Source: a virus. From it: DNA of 45,754 bases. The notes below the pieces were generated by a model, which had not been told where the DNA came from, searched no databases, and saw nothing but the letters and a program-made list of their open reading frames with translations. The stretch lies in IMG/VR virus record IMGVR_UViG_3300025762_000005. One strand, given 5' to 3'. The position numbers and the translations under genes were made by a program. Position 1 is the stretch's first letter; the number at the start of each line of letters is the position of its first letter. Positions 37,108-45,487 of this stretch are shown here, in pieces.

Positions 37108-38742
37108 TTATATTTTATTTATCTTAGCTTTTATCTTATCAATTTCTTTATCCGATAATTCCTCGTGGATCTTTGGTTTTGACAAAATAATTTCAATCAT
37201 CTTTAACCAATTCTCCTTTGCCTTTTCTGAAGTTCCTACCTTACTTATCTTAGAAACAAGCATTTGAAGTGTTTTCTTTACCTTTACTCTTGGGTCTTTT
37301 AAAAGCTCCTCAACAACAGCAAAAGCTTGATTAGCAGCAGCTTCATAAATTATATAATTATCTTCATAGACAATATTATAATTTTTATCCAAAGATTCTT
37401 TTGCATCGGCAGGATTAACCCTGGGATCTTCCATTAATTTTTTTACGGCATCAACATTATTATTTTTTGCTGCTTGATATAATGCTTCATTATGATTATC
37501 AGCTGGATTTACTCTTTCATCTTTTAATAGTAATTCAATCACATCTGGATTACCTCCCATAGCAGCTGATGCAATTATAGAATTTTTTCTAAAAGCTGGG
37601 TTTGCAGCAGGATCCGAAAGGAGGAGTCTAACAATATCTACATTTCCCTTCATAGCAGCTCTTGTTAAAATCCCATTTTTATCTTCCATTTTTAAAGGAA
37701 AATTCTTTAATGATGGATATTTAGCTATTTCATTATTAACTTCTTCAATAAAATCCCCAAGAAGCTTCTCCCTTCCTATACCTATATTAGCTTTAGCATC
37801 CCCACCTCTGGTAAATCCTAAAGATTCCCTCACAGGATTATTTTCCATCATTTTTCTAAGTCTTTTCTGAGAAAGCTCCTTCATATAGGGAACTTCTTTT
37901 TTAACTCTAGGATCTGATAATAAAAGACTTACCATTTCCCTATCCCCATTATTTAAAGCCGCTGCTAGAGCCCAATTATCCCTGCTTGTGGGATCTACTC
38001 TTTTATCTTTTAAGAGAAGTTTAACAATATCTACATATCCATTTTTTGCAGCTCTTCTAATGCAATAATTGGTTTCATCATTTCCATATCTTTTGCCATC
38101 TCGGGTTTGAGCTGCTGGATCTACAATAGGACTAGATAAAAGAGCTCTGGCAACCTCTAGATCCCCTCTTTCACAAGCTTTTTGAATAGGGCCATCAGAA
38201 TCTATATTTAAATTTGTCGCCCCATTTTCAATAGCCCATAATAAAAGTTCTGGAGTCCAATGAGAATACGATAAAGAAAATGCTTTATTTGGTCCTAATT
38301 TTTTGATGCCATCTATAGTTCTCTGGGGTTCATATCTCATAAAGTCATTGAAAGTATATTCAGTTATCCATGATTTAGGAGCATTCCAAAGATCATCTTC
38401 TCTTCCTAATAAATAAAATGCTTGAACCCAACCAGAAGCATAATTTTCCAAATTATTTGGATTAAAGGTTTTTATTTTGTCCAATAATTCATTAAAAACT
38501 TGCATCATAGCAGGTCGGCTCTGATTCATTGAATAAAAACTAGCAATTTTTCGAGTATCAATATGATAGATCTTTTTTTCCGTAAAATCATTAAGTGATT
38601 TTGGTGCCTCTGATTTTAAAGCCCAAGATTGATCATGGGCTAAATCTTCCATCATCTCTGGAAAAAGCGCAGCTTTTCCAATAGCCATTCCTTCTTTAGG
38701 GTCTATATTTCTAGTAAAAGATATGGCTTCCTTAACAATCAT
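37108..38742 (-). CDS. Two-module FERG-tag ankyrin-repeat protein
   Basis: MIVKEAISFTRNIDPKEGMAIG and internal VRESLGFTRGGDAKANIGIG; ankyrin repeats such as AAKNGYVDIVKLLL and AAMKGNVDIVRLLL. Confidence 0.85.
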   Translation of the reverse strand: MIVKEAISFTRNIDPKEGMAIGKAALFPEMMEDLAHDQSWALKSEAPKSLNDFTEKKIYHIDTRKIASFYSMNQSRPAMMQVFNELLDKIKTFNPNNLENYASGWVQAFYLLGREDDLWNAPKSWITEYTFNDFMRYEPQRTIDGIKKLGPNKAFSLSYSHWTPELLLWAIENGATNLNIDSDGPIQKACERGDLEVARALLSSPIVDPAAQTRDGKRYGNDETNYCIRRAAKNGYVDIVKLLLKDKRVDPTSRDNWALAAALNNGDREMVSLLLSDPRVKKEVPYMKELSQKRLRKMMENNPVRESLGFTRGGDAKANIGIGREKLLGDFIEEVNNEIAKYPSLKNFPLKMEDKNGILTRAAMKGNVDIVRLLLSDPAANPAFRKNSIIASAAMGGNPDVIELLLKDERVNPADNHNEALYQAAKNNNVDAVKKLMEDPRVNPADAKESLDKNYNIVYEDNYIIYEAAANQAFAVVEELLKDPRVKVKKTLQMLVSKISKVGTSEKAKENWLKMIEIILSKPKIHEELSDKEIDKIKAKINKI

Positions 38743-40517
38743 TAACTAATATTAATTTGTTTGCCAAATGGCTGCTGCCATTGAGGATTATCATAAACCA
38801 TCCAAATAAATTTGTGAGCATAAGGTGGTTTCTTTGGATTGGGAGCTCCCCCGTCAGTAAAGAATACGCAAAGGGAAACTCTATCTTTTAGTTTATCATG
38901 TACCCAATCAAGAGCTTTTTGGAAGCTAGTTCCGCCGCCACCCCTAACATTTTTAGGAATATATGGTTTTCCCATTTTCTTAATGGTCTGAACACTTCCC
39001 TCATCAACACCATCATCAAAGAAAGCTACGGTAATTTTATTAACTCTTTTTGAGAAAATAATTTGGTTAATTTCATTTAATATTTTTTCTAGAGCTTCCC
39101 TACCCATAGAACCAGAAACGTCGACTAATACTACAATATGTTCCATAGCATCCATCTTATGTTTCTCTCCATAACGTAGAAATTCCCCGCTTAAGTGTTT
39201 TTTATTTCCAATTTTCTGATATGTTTCAGGGGATAGAGCAGTTGCAACATATCTTCTGAACATATTTTGCCAGTTAACATCTCCTCTATGTAATCTTGAA
39301 AGTGCTGTAACAAGAGCACCTCCTTTTCCAGTACCTCTTCCCTTTGATCCTTTTAAAGCACGATCGAGCATTTTTGCCCCCTCAACACGCCATTTATCTG
39401 TCGGACTTTCGTCTGGCCCCATTTCCCCTTCTCCATATCCGCTTGCTTTAGCAATTTTCTTTCCCATTTCTGGAGTAATAATACCTCCTGTTCCAGCAGG
39501 GTCATATTCCTCAGCTTGATCGAAACTTTCTTCGTATCCATCACTTCCGGATCCACCAACACCTTTATCTTCGCCTTCTCCTTCTTCTCCTTGTCCCTGT
39601 CCTTGGCCTTGCCCTTGCCCCTGACCTGAATCAAGAGGAATTAATTCATCTTTTTTATAACTTTCAAAAAGATAGGTGACTAAAAGACTTTCATTAAGAG
39701 GACCTACCTCATAAGTTCCGTCGGGATTTACAGCCGTAACAACTCCTTTTTCTCCTGTAGCTTTAATCTTAACTTTACTACCTACTTGGAGAGGTTGTGG
39801 TTGGCTTTTTCCGCCACCCTGCTGACCTTGACCCTGACCCTGTCCTTGACCGCCACCTTGCTGATCCTGTCCCTGATTTTGTCCTTGATTATTCTTTTTA
39901 AAAGGATTAGGTGGCATTTTTGGAATAGTTTTCTTTAGATCATCATAAATCTGTTCAACGGGAACATTTAAATATTTTTCATCATAAAGACCCCCAATTT
40001 TTTCTACAAACTCTTTATTGAAGTCGCTTAAAGTATCTACTATAATAGTATTAATTTCATAGTCTCCAGCAATATTAAATAGAGAAGCAGGTTTTCCCTC
40101 AGAAGTCATAACTGTTGCATTTCTGGATTTCATACGTTCCATGTGAAGGAGAACGCAGTGCATGATCTCATGAATAATAACAAAAATTTTCTGCTCCCAC
40201 GAAAGCTTATCAGCAAATAATGGATTTACAAATAATCTTGTTCCATCGGTTGCCATTGTAGGAACAATCCAAGTGTAGATTGGGGTAAATTTATGAACAT
40301 AAGGGGCAAATAAAGGAGATTGAGAAACAATAGCTGTTTTAGCACTTTCCATTTCATTTTTAAGATGCCTCATGTCAATTTTGGTTCCATCTTTAGCGAA
40401 AACATATCCATAATCTTCGATCTTCGCTGATTTAGGAATATCCATTCCTTCTTTAGCTTCATACAAAAAATCGTTTATTTGAGGATAAAATCTTGGATTT
40501 AATAGTTTCATATTCAT
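38742..40517 (-). CDS. HExxH putative metallopeptidase + VWA domain protein (DUF2201-like), MoxR partner
   Basis: TMATDG, IHEIMHC (HExxH), MIDAS DVSGS, GGGTSF, FFTDG; the start may be the second Met at 40511. Confidence 0.85.
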   Translation of the reverse strand: MNMKLLNPRFYPQINDFLYEAKEGMDIPKSAKIEDYGYVFAKDGTKIDMRHLKNEMESAKTAIVSQSPLFAPYVHKFTPIYTWIVPTMATDGTRLFVNPLFADKLSWEQKIFVIIHEIMHCVLLHMERMKSRNATVMTSEGKPASLFNIAGDYEINTIIVDTLSDFNKEFVEKIGGLYDEKYLNVPVEQIYDDLKKTIPKMPPNPFKKNNQGQNQGQDQQGGGQGQGQGQGQQGGGKSQPQPLQVGSKVKIKATGEKGVVTAVNPDGTYEVGPLNESLLVTYLFESYKKDELIPLDSGQGQGQGQGQGQGEEGEGEDKGVGGSGSDGYEESFDQAEEYDPAGTGGIITPEMGKKIAKASGYGEGEMGPDESPTDKWRVEGAKMLDRALKGSKGRGTGKGGALVTALSRLHRGDVNWQNMFRRYVATALSPETYQKIGNKKHLSGEFLRYGEKHKMDAMEHIVVLVDVSGSMGREALEKILNEINQIIFSKRVNKITVAFFDDGVDEGSVQTIKKMGKPYIPKNVRGGGGTSFQKALDWVHDKLKDRVSLCVFFTDGGAPNPKKPPYAHKFIWMVYDNPQWQQPFGKQINIS

Positions 40518-40525
40518 TTATTTTT

Positions 40526-41788
40526 TTAATTCCATACTGTTCCGAGGACTTTTATTTTCTTTCGGATCTCATCCTCCTTCCATTTTTTTGATCCCGGATA
40601 GCTTGAATAGATTGAAAGATCTCCTTTAACTTCTTTTGGAAACCCATCAAGTTTTGTAAAAATATTTTGAGCTACATAAAAACCTCCATATATTATCTTA
40701 AATTTAATAAAATATGGAAAATTATTTATATTGCAATCAACTAAATTTAAGTCATCTAAAACATCGATGGTTCCATCTTTATTTATCCTATATTCTACAT
40801 ACTTATCATCATTTGGATCTTCAGAAATACCACATTCTTTAAACCAATTTTTTATCTGAGCATGGTATCCTATATCTAAAGAGGATTTTGGATTAATATT
40901 TCTGTGAAATTCCATATTCTCTTTTATTGGTACATCAACTATTTCTTGTGGTTCATCACCCCAAGCAGATCCTTTTACTCTACAGACCTTTCGTATATCT
41001 TTTTGAGAAAATAACCCTGGATTATTATGGCAAACATAATTTCCATCTACATGTCTTGGCCCATCCTCTAATGTCATTAATTTATTGTTAGAGCATTTAA
41101 AATTACCTTTTAGATTTTCAGTTCCTACAACCTTTTTGGGGCACCCCCGTAAAGTTTTTAATTGGTTATCAGAAATATCAAATCCTCCGATAACAGTTCC
41201 AAATTGAATATATTCTGGAAGGACTTCTCCTATATTTCTTAATCGTATAACTAATTGAACCTCAGGAGCTGTATTTATAATAAGATCTTTCGAAATAACA
41301 GTATCCTCTAATAGATCATGTTCATTTAACCATTTTTCAATTAATGCCCTTTTACCTATATTCATGGAAACCATTGGATCCCCTCCTCTGTGAAATTCTT
41401 GAGCTTCATTCATACTTCTGGGAAGAAATTCAAATAATCCGCTCTTCAATTGTTTTGGCGTTCCTTTTATAAATCCATGTCTTTGACGAACATTATCATT
41501 TTTATTTGCCTTAAAATCTTCTAAATCCTCAAAATATTTAAACCAAATAATCCATTCCTTGGAGGAGGCATTATCAAATTCTTCCATCTGTAATATAACA
41601 CCTATTGGTAAATCAGAAACCGGGAAAGCGCCGTATGATATTTCATTATTAGTGTCCAGAGGAATATTTTTTATAACTTTTAGCAAATCTCCCTCATGAA
41701 GATTATTCCATGAAGGCATCCCAATTTTCATGGAAGACTTTGGATCTATTCCCCTTTCAAAATTAATATGTTCCTTTACAATTTTCAT
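40526..41788 (-). CDS. Three-module FERG-tag protein with two short LRR-like cargos
   Basis: MKIVKEHINFERGIDPKSSMKIG; MNEAQEFHRGGDPMVSMNIG; IKENMEFHRNINPKSSLDIG. Confidence 0.8.
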   Translation of the reverse strand: MKIVKEHINFERGIDPKSSMKIGMPSWNNLHEGDLLKVIKNIPLDTNNEISYGAFPVSDLPIGVILQMEEFDNASSKEWIIWFKYFEDLEDFKANKNDNVRQRHGFIKGTPKQLKSGLFEFLPRSMNEAQEFHRGGDPMVSMNIGKRALIEKWLNEHDLLEDTVISKDLIINTAPEVQLVIRLRNIGEVLPEYIQFGTVIGGFDISDNQLKTLRGCPKKVVGTENLKGNFKCSNNKLMTLEDGPRHVDGNYVCHNNPGLFSQKDIRKVCRVKGSAWGDEPQEIVDVPIKENMEFHRNINPKSSLDIGYHAQIKNWFKECGISEDPNDDKYVEYRINKDGTIDVLDDLNLVDCNINNFPYFIKFKIIYGGFYVAQNIFTKLDGFPKEVKGDLSIYSSYPGSKKWKEDEIRKKIKVLGTVWN

Positions 41789-42243
41789 TCGCTATCATCT
41801 ACTTGAATGTTTGGGGCAAAACAAACTTTTCTTATTTCAGCTTCGGTAAATTCTGCTTTATTTCCAAAACAATAAACACACTCACGGACCTCTTTTGGAA
41901 ACCCCTTTAAATCTGTAATTTTATTCATTTGGCAAGAAAAATATCCTTTTACTTTTTTGGGGCATCCAACCAAGGAAACTATTCCGCAATCATCAATATC
42001 AAAAGAACCTGAAGAATTAAATCTAATATAATCAGGAAATCTTCCATTTGGAAATAATTCCGGTCTTTCAACTGCAATGACATCCAAATCCGTATCTATA
42101 GTAAAATCCGAATTAAGCTTATAATTTCTTACCCCGATATGAACCTCATCAAGCCAGTCCTGAATTAATTTAGCTTTTCCGATACCTATGGCTTCTTTCG
42201 GATCTAATCCCCTTTCAAAATTGATATTTTCCCTAACTATCAT
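41785..42243 (-). CDS. FERG-tag protein with short LRR-like cargo
   Basis: MIVRENINFERGLDPKEAIGIG; IVSLVGCPKKVKGYFSCQMNKITDLKGFPKEV. Confidence 0.8.
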   Translation of the reverse strand: MIVRENINFERGLDPKEAIGIGKAKLIQDWLDEVHIGVRNYKLNSDFTIDTDLDVIAVERPELFPNGRFPDYIRFNSSGSFDIDDCGIVSLVGCPKKVKGYFSCQMNKITDLKGFPKEVRECVYCFGNKAEFTEAEIRKVCFAPNIQVDDSE

Positions 42244-42509
42244 ATAAAAAATAATTCACCTATTTTCCAAAGAAATATCATACCCCAACCTCCGCACACT
42301 GTGTAGAAGAAATCATAATAATCTGGAGTTCCTTTTCCTAATAATTTGTCATAAATCACTTCTTTTGAAGCTCCTGCAAGAACAGTAAGAATTGCTGCTA
42401 CGCCAGCATCCCATCCATAGACAGGAACGTGTATAAATATTACAAAAAACAGAAGAGTTATAAATGATATAAGAGCTCCTGCAAAAAAGTGTTTAAGGTA
42501 ATCTTTCAT
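42240..42509 (-). CDS. Small multi-pass membrane protein
   Basis: Hydrophobic segments with HFFAG...KE...D...D...T..GG pattern, reminiscent of YfiM/VanZ-like small phage membrane proteins. Confidence 0.55.
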   Translation of the reverse strand: MKDYLKHFFAGALISFITLLFFVIFIHVPVYGWDAGVAAILTVLAGASKEVIYDKLLGKGTPDYYDFFYTVCGGWGMIFLWKIGELFFI

Positions 42510-42614
42510 TTTTATAATTTATTTTTATTTCTATTTAAGATATATTCTTTCTTTCTCTCTTGGACACTCATTGTATGAGCATTTTAGAGTTAGTTTTTTA
42601 TTTCATGTTAAGAT

Positions 42615-43310
42615 TTAGTTAAATTTTAAGGTCAACTCTTCCTTAACAATTTTATTTTTATTTACATTTCTATCGAATTTATGAGGATACCAAACCCCCT
42701 TCGATCTTAAAAATTTAAGTATTTTTATAAAACTATATTTATTTTCTAATTCTCTTTCTATAACTCTGGATCCAAATCCTTTAGAATAAAGATCCAAAAT
42801 TTTTTCTTCATCCTCGATAGGAATTATTTTATATGATGGGTTATTGGATCCAGCAAATTGACTGCATTTTTTATTTTTGTTCCAAGGTATTTGTCCAATA
42901 TGAGATAATGATTGGTTTTTTCGACGTTCAGATGTATGTTTAACCCCCAATAAGGAATTTCTGATTTTTTCTTTACATTCATCATTATGAAAACCGCAGC
43001 TAGGACCGATTTTCATATTATACCCAAATTTTGGCAAATACGTTTTATCTTTTTGTATCCAAAATAATTCTCTCAAATTTAAAATTTTAATTAAATCTGT
43101 TTTTTCTTCTAGCTGATATTCTTCAATAATTTTCCATTCGAAATTTTCAAATCCATATTTTCGTAAAGCTCTCTGAAATGATCCTTGTAAATTTCGAATA
43201 AAAGCATCCTCCCGATGACATTTTTTCCTTCTTTCTAAAGAGGAAGTTGTTTGCCCGTAATATTTTTTACCTTTCGGGCTAGTAGCTAAATATATAAATC
43301 CTTTATACAT
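42615..43310 (-). CDS. GIY-YIG homing endonuclease
   Basis: GFIYLATSPKGKKYYGQT, LRELFWI, GYNMKIG; NDECKEKIR / TSERRKNQS NUMOD3-like repeats; C-terminal HTH-like region. Confidence 0.85.
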   Translation of the reverse strand: MYKGFIYLATSPKGKKYYGQTTSSLERRKKCHREDAFIRNLQGSFQRALRKYGFENFEWKIIEEYQLEEKTDLIKILNLRELFWIQKDKTYLPKFGYNMKIGPSCGFHNDECKEKIRNSLLGVKHTSERRKNQSLSHIGQIPWNKNKKCSQFAGSNNPSYKIIPIEDEEKILDLYSKGFGSRVIERELENKYSFIKILKFLRSKGVWYPHKFDRNVNKNKIVKEELTLKFN

Positions 43311-43316
43311 AATTGT

Positions 43317-44051
43317 TTATGGGAACATTAGGAAAAAATCTGGTGGATTATCCCCTTTAATTTTTTCCCTTAATCTTTCTAATTCTTCATTACCTTCAGT
43401 TCTCCAGTTATCATAATTGATTTGTACATTACCCAAGAGTTGATAATTAAAAGTCCCGAGTATACGAGCGAGAGAAAGCTTACATTTAGCTATCATCCAT
43501 TCCAATACAATAGTGTCTTCATAAGCATCTTCTTCTGGTATATGATCCATTGCTAAAACAAATAAACTTTCATTTGGCGTTCTACCGGTTATTGCTAATC
43601 GATGTGTATTTGGATTAAAATCATGATTTATATCTACAAGATTAAATGCTCGTGCAAGATCCCAGAAACTCCATTGAATAGTTCTATAAGTAATCTGGTC
43701 TGACGAAAGAGGGGTTAGATAAAGATCTGACGCCATTAATCTATCAAAGTTTAGATCCGGGTCGTTTATACCAAATATCCTGGATCCTCCAGTCATTTCC
43801 TTTACGGCTTTTATACCTTCAGTGCAAGTATTTAGCTGGAATGTTCTAGTATCCCTCCATTGCTGAGTTTGATAATAGGATTTATTAATTATATAGATCC
43901 TATCATGGAGAAGTTCTCTATATTCTCTATAGAGCCATCTCATTTCCTTATCAATAATACGTTCGATCTCTTTCTGAGGCAAACTATATGGAAGAGAGCA
44001 GGATGCTGTTATCTCTCCATTTATTCTTTCGATAAACTCGGTTTTATTCAT
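43317..44051 (-). CDS. Neck / head-tail adaptor protein, T4 gp13-like
   Basis: C-terminal AKCKLSLARILGTFNYQLLGNVQINYDNWRTEGNEELERLREKI parallels the gp13 C-terminus. Confidence 0.7.
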   Translation of the reverse strand: MNKTEFIERINGEITASCSLPYSLPQKEIERIIDKEMRWLYREYRELLHDRIYIINKSYYQTQQWRDTRTFQLNTCTEGIKAVKEMTGGSRIFGINDPDLNFDRLMASDLYLTPLSSDQITYRTIQWSFWDLARAFNLVDINHDFNPNTHRLAITGRTPNESLFVLAMDHIPEEDAYEDTIVLEWMIAKCKLSLARILGTFNYQLLGNVQINYDNWRTEGNEELERLREKIKGDNPPDFFLMFP

Positions 44052-44054
44052 TTT

Positions 44055-45482
44055 TTACCACTTAGGTTTATATTCATTTTGAAATCCCTTGTCTTTTCGT
44101 TCTTTGTTTAAATCTTTTAACCATTTATAATCTCTAACTTCCTCAACGGCAAGGGGTTTTGCTTGTTTTTCAATTTTTCTTTTTGGCTCAATCACAACAC
44201 ATTCTTCATCAAGCTTGGCTTCCTTTCCGATACCTGCGTCTTTTATGATACTTTCACTAACATTACAATTAATGATTTCTCCTGCATTATAAATTGAACT
44301 CTTTTTTATAGTATTATTCCTATCTGCTCTAACTCTTTCGAGAACACAATCTTCAATTTTATTATGTTCAACAAGAGTTGAAAGAATAATCCTAGAATTT
44401 TTTAAAGTACTATTCCATACTCCACAGTCCTCAACAACAGATTGTATTTCGCAGTCAACAATATCTAATTGGGAAATTTTTCCTCCTGATAATTTAGCTT
44501 CTTTTATCTGGAACCTTCCTTCAGCACTATCCCAATTGAATTTTCCTTTTCTAAATTCGCACTCAAGCATTAATTTCATCAATGGATCCCTTAATTTAGT
44601 CCAATAAGCTTCAATTATTTCATCTGCTCTTTTTAGATCCACGCCAACCTGAATGTCTTTAAAATGCTTTAAAAAGAATTTAGGTTCATAATAGGCTCTC
44701 CTGATAATAGGATAATCTTCAAATATTTTTTCTGCACTTATATTCATCTCGGGAGTATATCCTTGAGAATTTAAAATCTGATAAGTTGAAAGAATATAAT
44801 AATGAAGAGTTTCGGTTATCGATTTATGATTTTTTGGATAATCTTTTCCGCCGATATAGTTAAAAATTAATTCCCCCATAGCTTGATCTGTAAAATCTAT
44901 TCCATAATAATGAGCCTTAGGCAATATAAAAAAGCTTTTTAAGTGTCCAAGAGAACTTGGGGCTGTCATAAATTCATTTGTGGGAATTAATGTCTTAATA
45001 CTAACTGCAAAAGGAGAATTCTTTCTTTCCGGAAATCTTTGAAATAAATAGTTTTCATCCATTTTAAGGATCAACTTTGCAGGATCCATATTAGAAATAG
45101 TATTAATTGTCTGAAGAGACCCATGATTAAAGGAAAGCAATACTTGTAATCCTGTAGTTTTGTCAGTTTTTGCTTTTTGATTGATCCATTCAAGAACTCC
45201 AAAAAGCATGGGCCCAACACTTAGAAAATCCTGTGGCGAAGTGATAAATTTATATCTCGGATTTTTACCCTGGTATTCCTGGAGTAAAATTGGACTATCC
45301 CAGGTTGGGGTCATTTTTTCTGAAGTGATAGCAACAGATTTCCCGCAAACTCTTGATAGATCTTCAGCAATAAATGGGGTTTCCTGAGAAGAATAAAACT
45401 CAAAAACAAACCCTACCTTTGTGGAATTAAATACCTCCTGAACAGAATAATCCTTGATATGATTGTAGAGAACTTTCATCAA
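44055..45482 (-). CDS. Degenerate amidoligase-like domain fused to a left-handed beta-helix-like C-terminus
   Basis: KVGFVFEF and TDKTTGLQVLLSF resemble amidoligase GxExE and CGLHVH motifs; the C-terminal ~100 aa has hexapeptide-like I/V/C periodicity. Confidence 0.5.
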   Translation of the reverse strand: MMKVLYNHIKDYSVQEVFNSTKVGFVFEFYSSQETPFIAEDLSRVCGKSVAITSEKMTPTWDSPILLQEYQGKNPRYKFITSPQDFLSVGPMLFGVLEWINQKAKTDKTTGLQVLLSFNHGSLQTINTISNMDPAKLILKMDENYLFQRFPERKNSPFAVSIKTLIPTNEFMTAPSSLGHLKSFFILPKAHYYGIDFTDQAMGELIFNYIGGKDYPKNHKSITETLHYYILSTYQILNSQGYTPEMNISAEKIFEDYPIIRRAYYEPKFFLKHFKDIQVGVDLKRADEIIEAYWTKLRDPLMKLMLECEFRKGKFNWDSAEGRFQIKEAKLSGGKISQLDIVDCEIQSVVEDCGVWNSTLKNSRIILSTLVEHNKIEDCVLERVRADRNNTIKKSSIYNAGEIINCNVSESIIKDAGIGKEAKLDEECVVIEPKRKIEKQAKPLAVEEVRDYKWLKDLNKERKDKGFQNEYKPKW

Positions 45483-45487
45483 ATCTA

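Noticed and set aside
20325-42243. Diversity-generating retroelement behind the repeat and tag variation
   Set aside because: No reverse transcriptase or template/variable repeat pair in the window, and no evident adenine-restricted variation.
42615-42670. KIVKEE at the end of the second endonuclease as a remnant leader or target duplication
   Set aside because: No ATG, no tag and no downstream ORF follow, and I found no matching repeat on the other flank.
3068-45387. Short track ORFs nested in or antisense to longer genes (e.g. 3068, 3541, 4231, 5337, 12286, 13014, 13658, 16659, 17036, 17633, 17668, 18448, 18512, 18865, 19681, 20584, 21256, 21594, 28775, 28929, 29187, 29943, 30333, 33601, 34811, 39353, 43860, 45181)
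   Set aside because: They overlap better-supported genes entirely or mostly, have no recognisable motifs, and are expected shadow frames.
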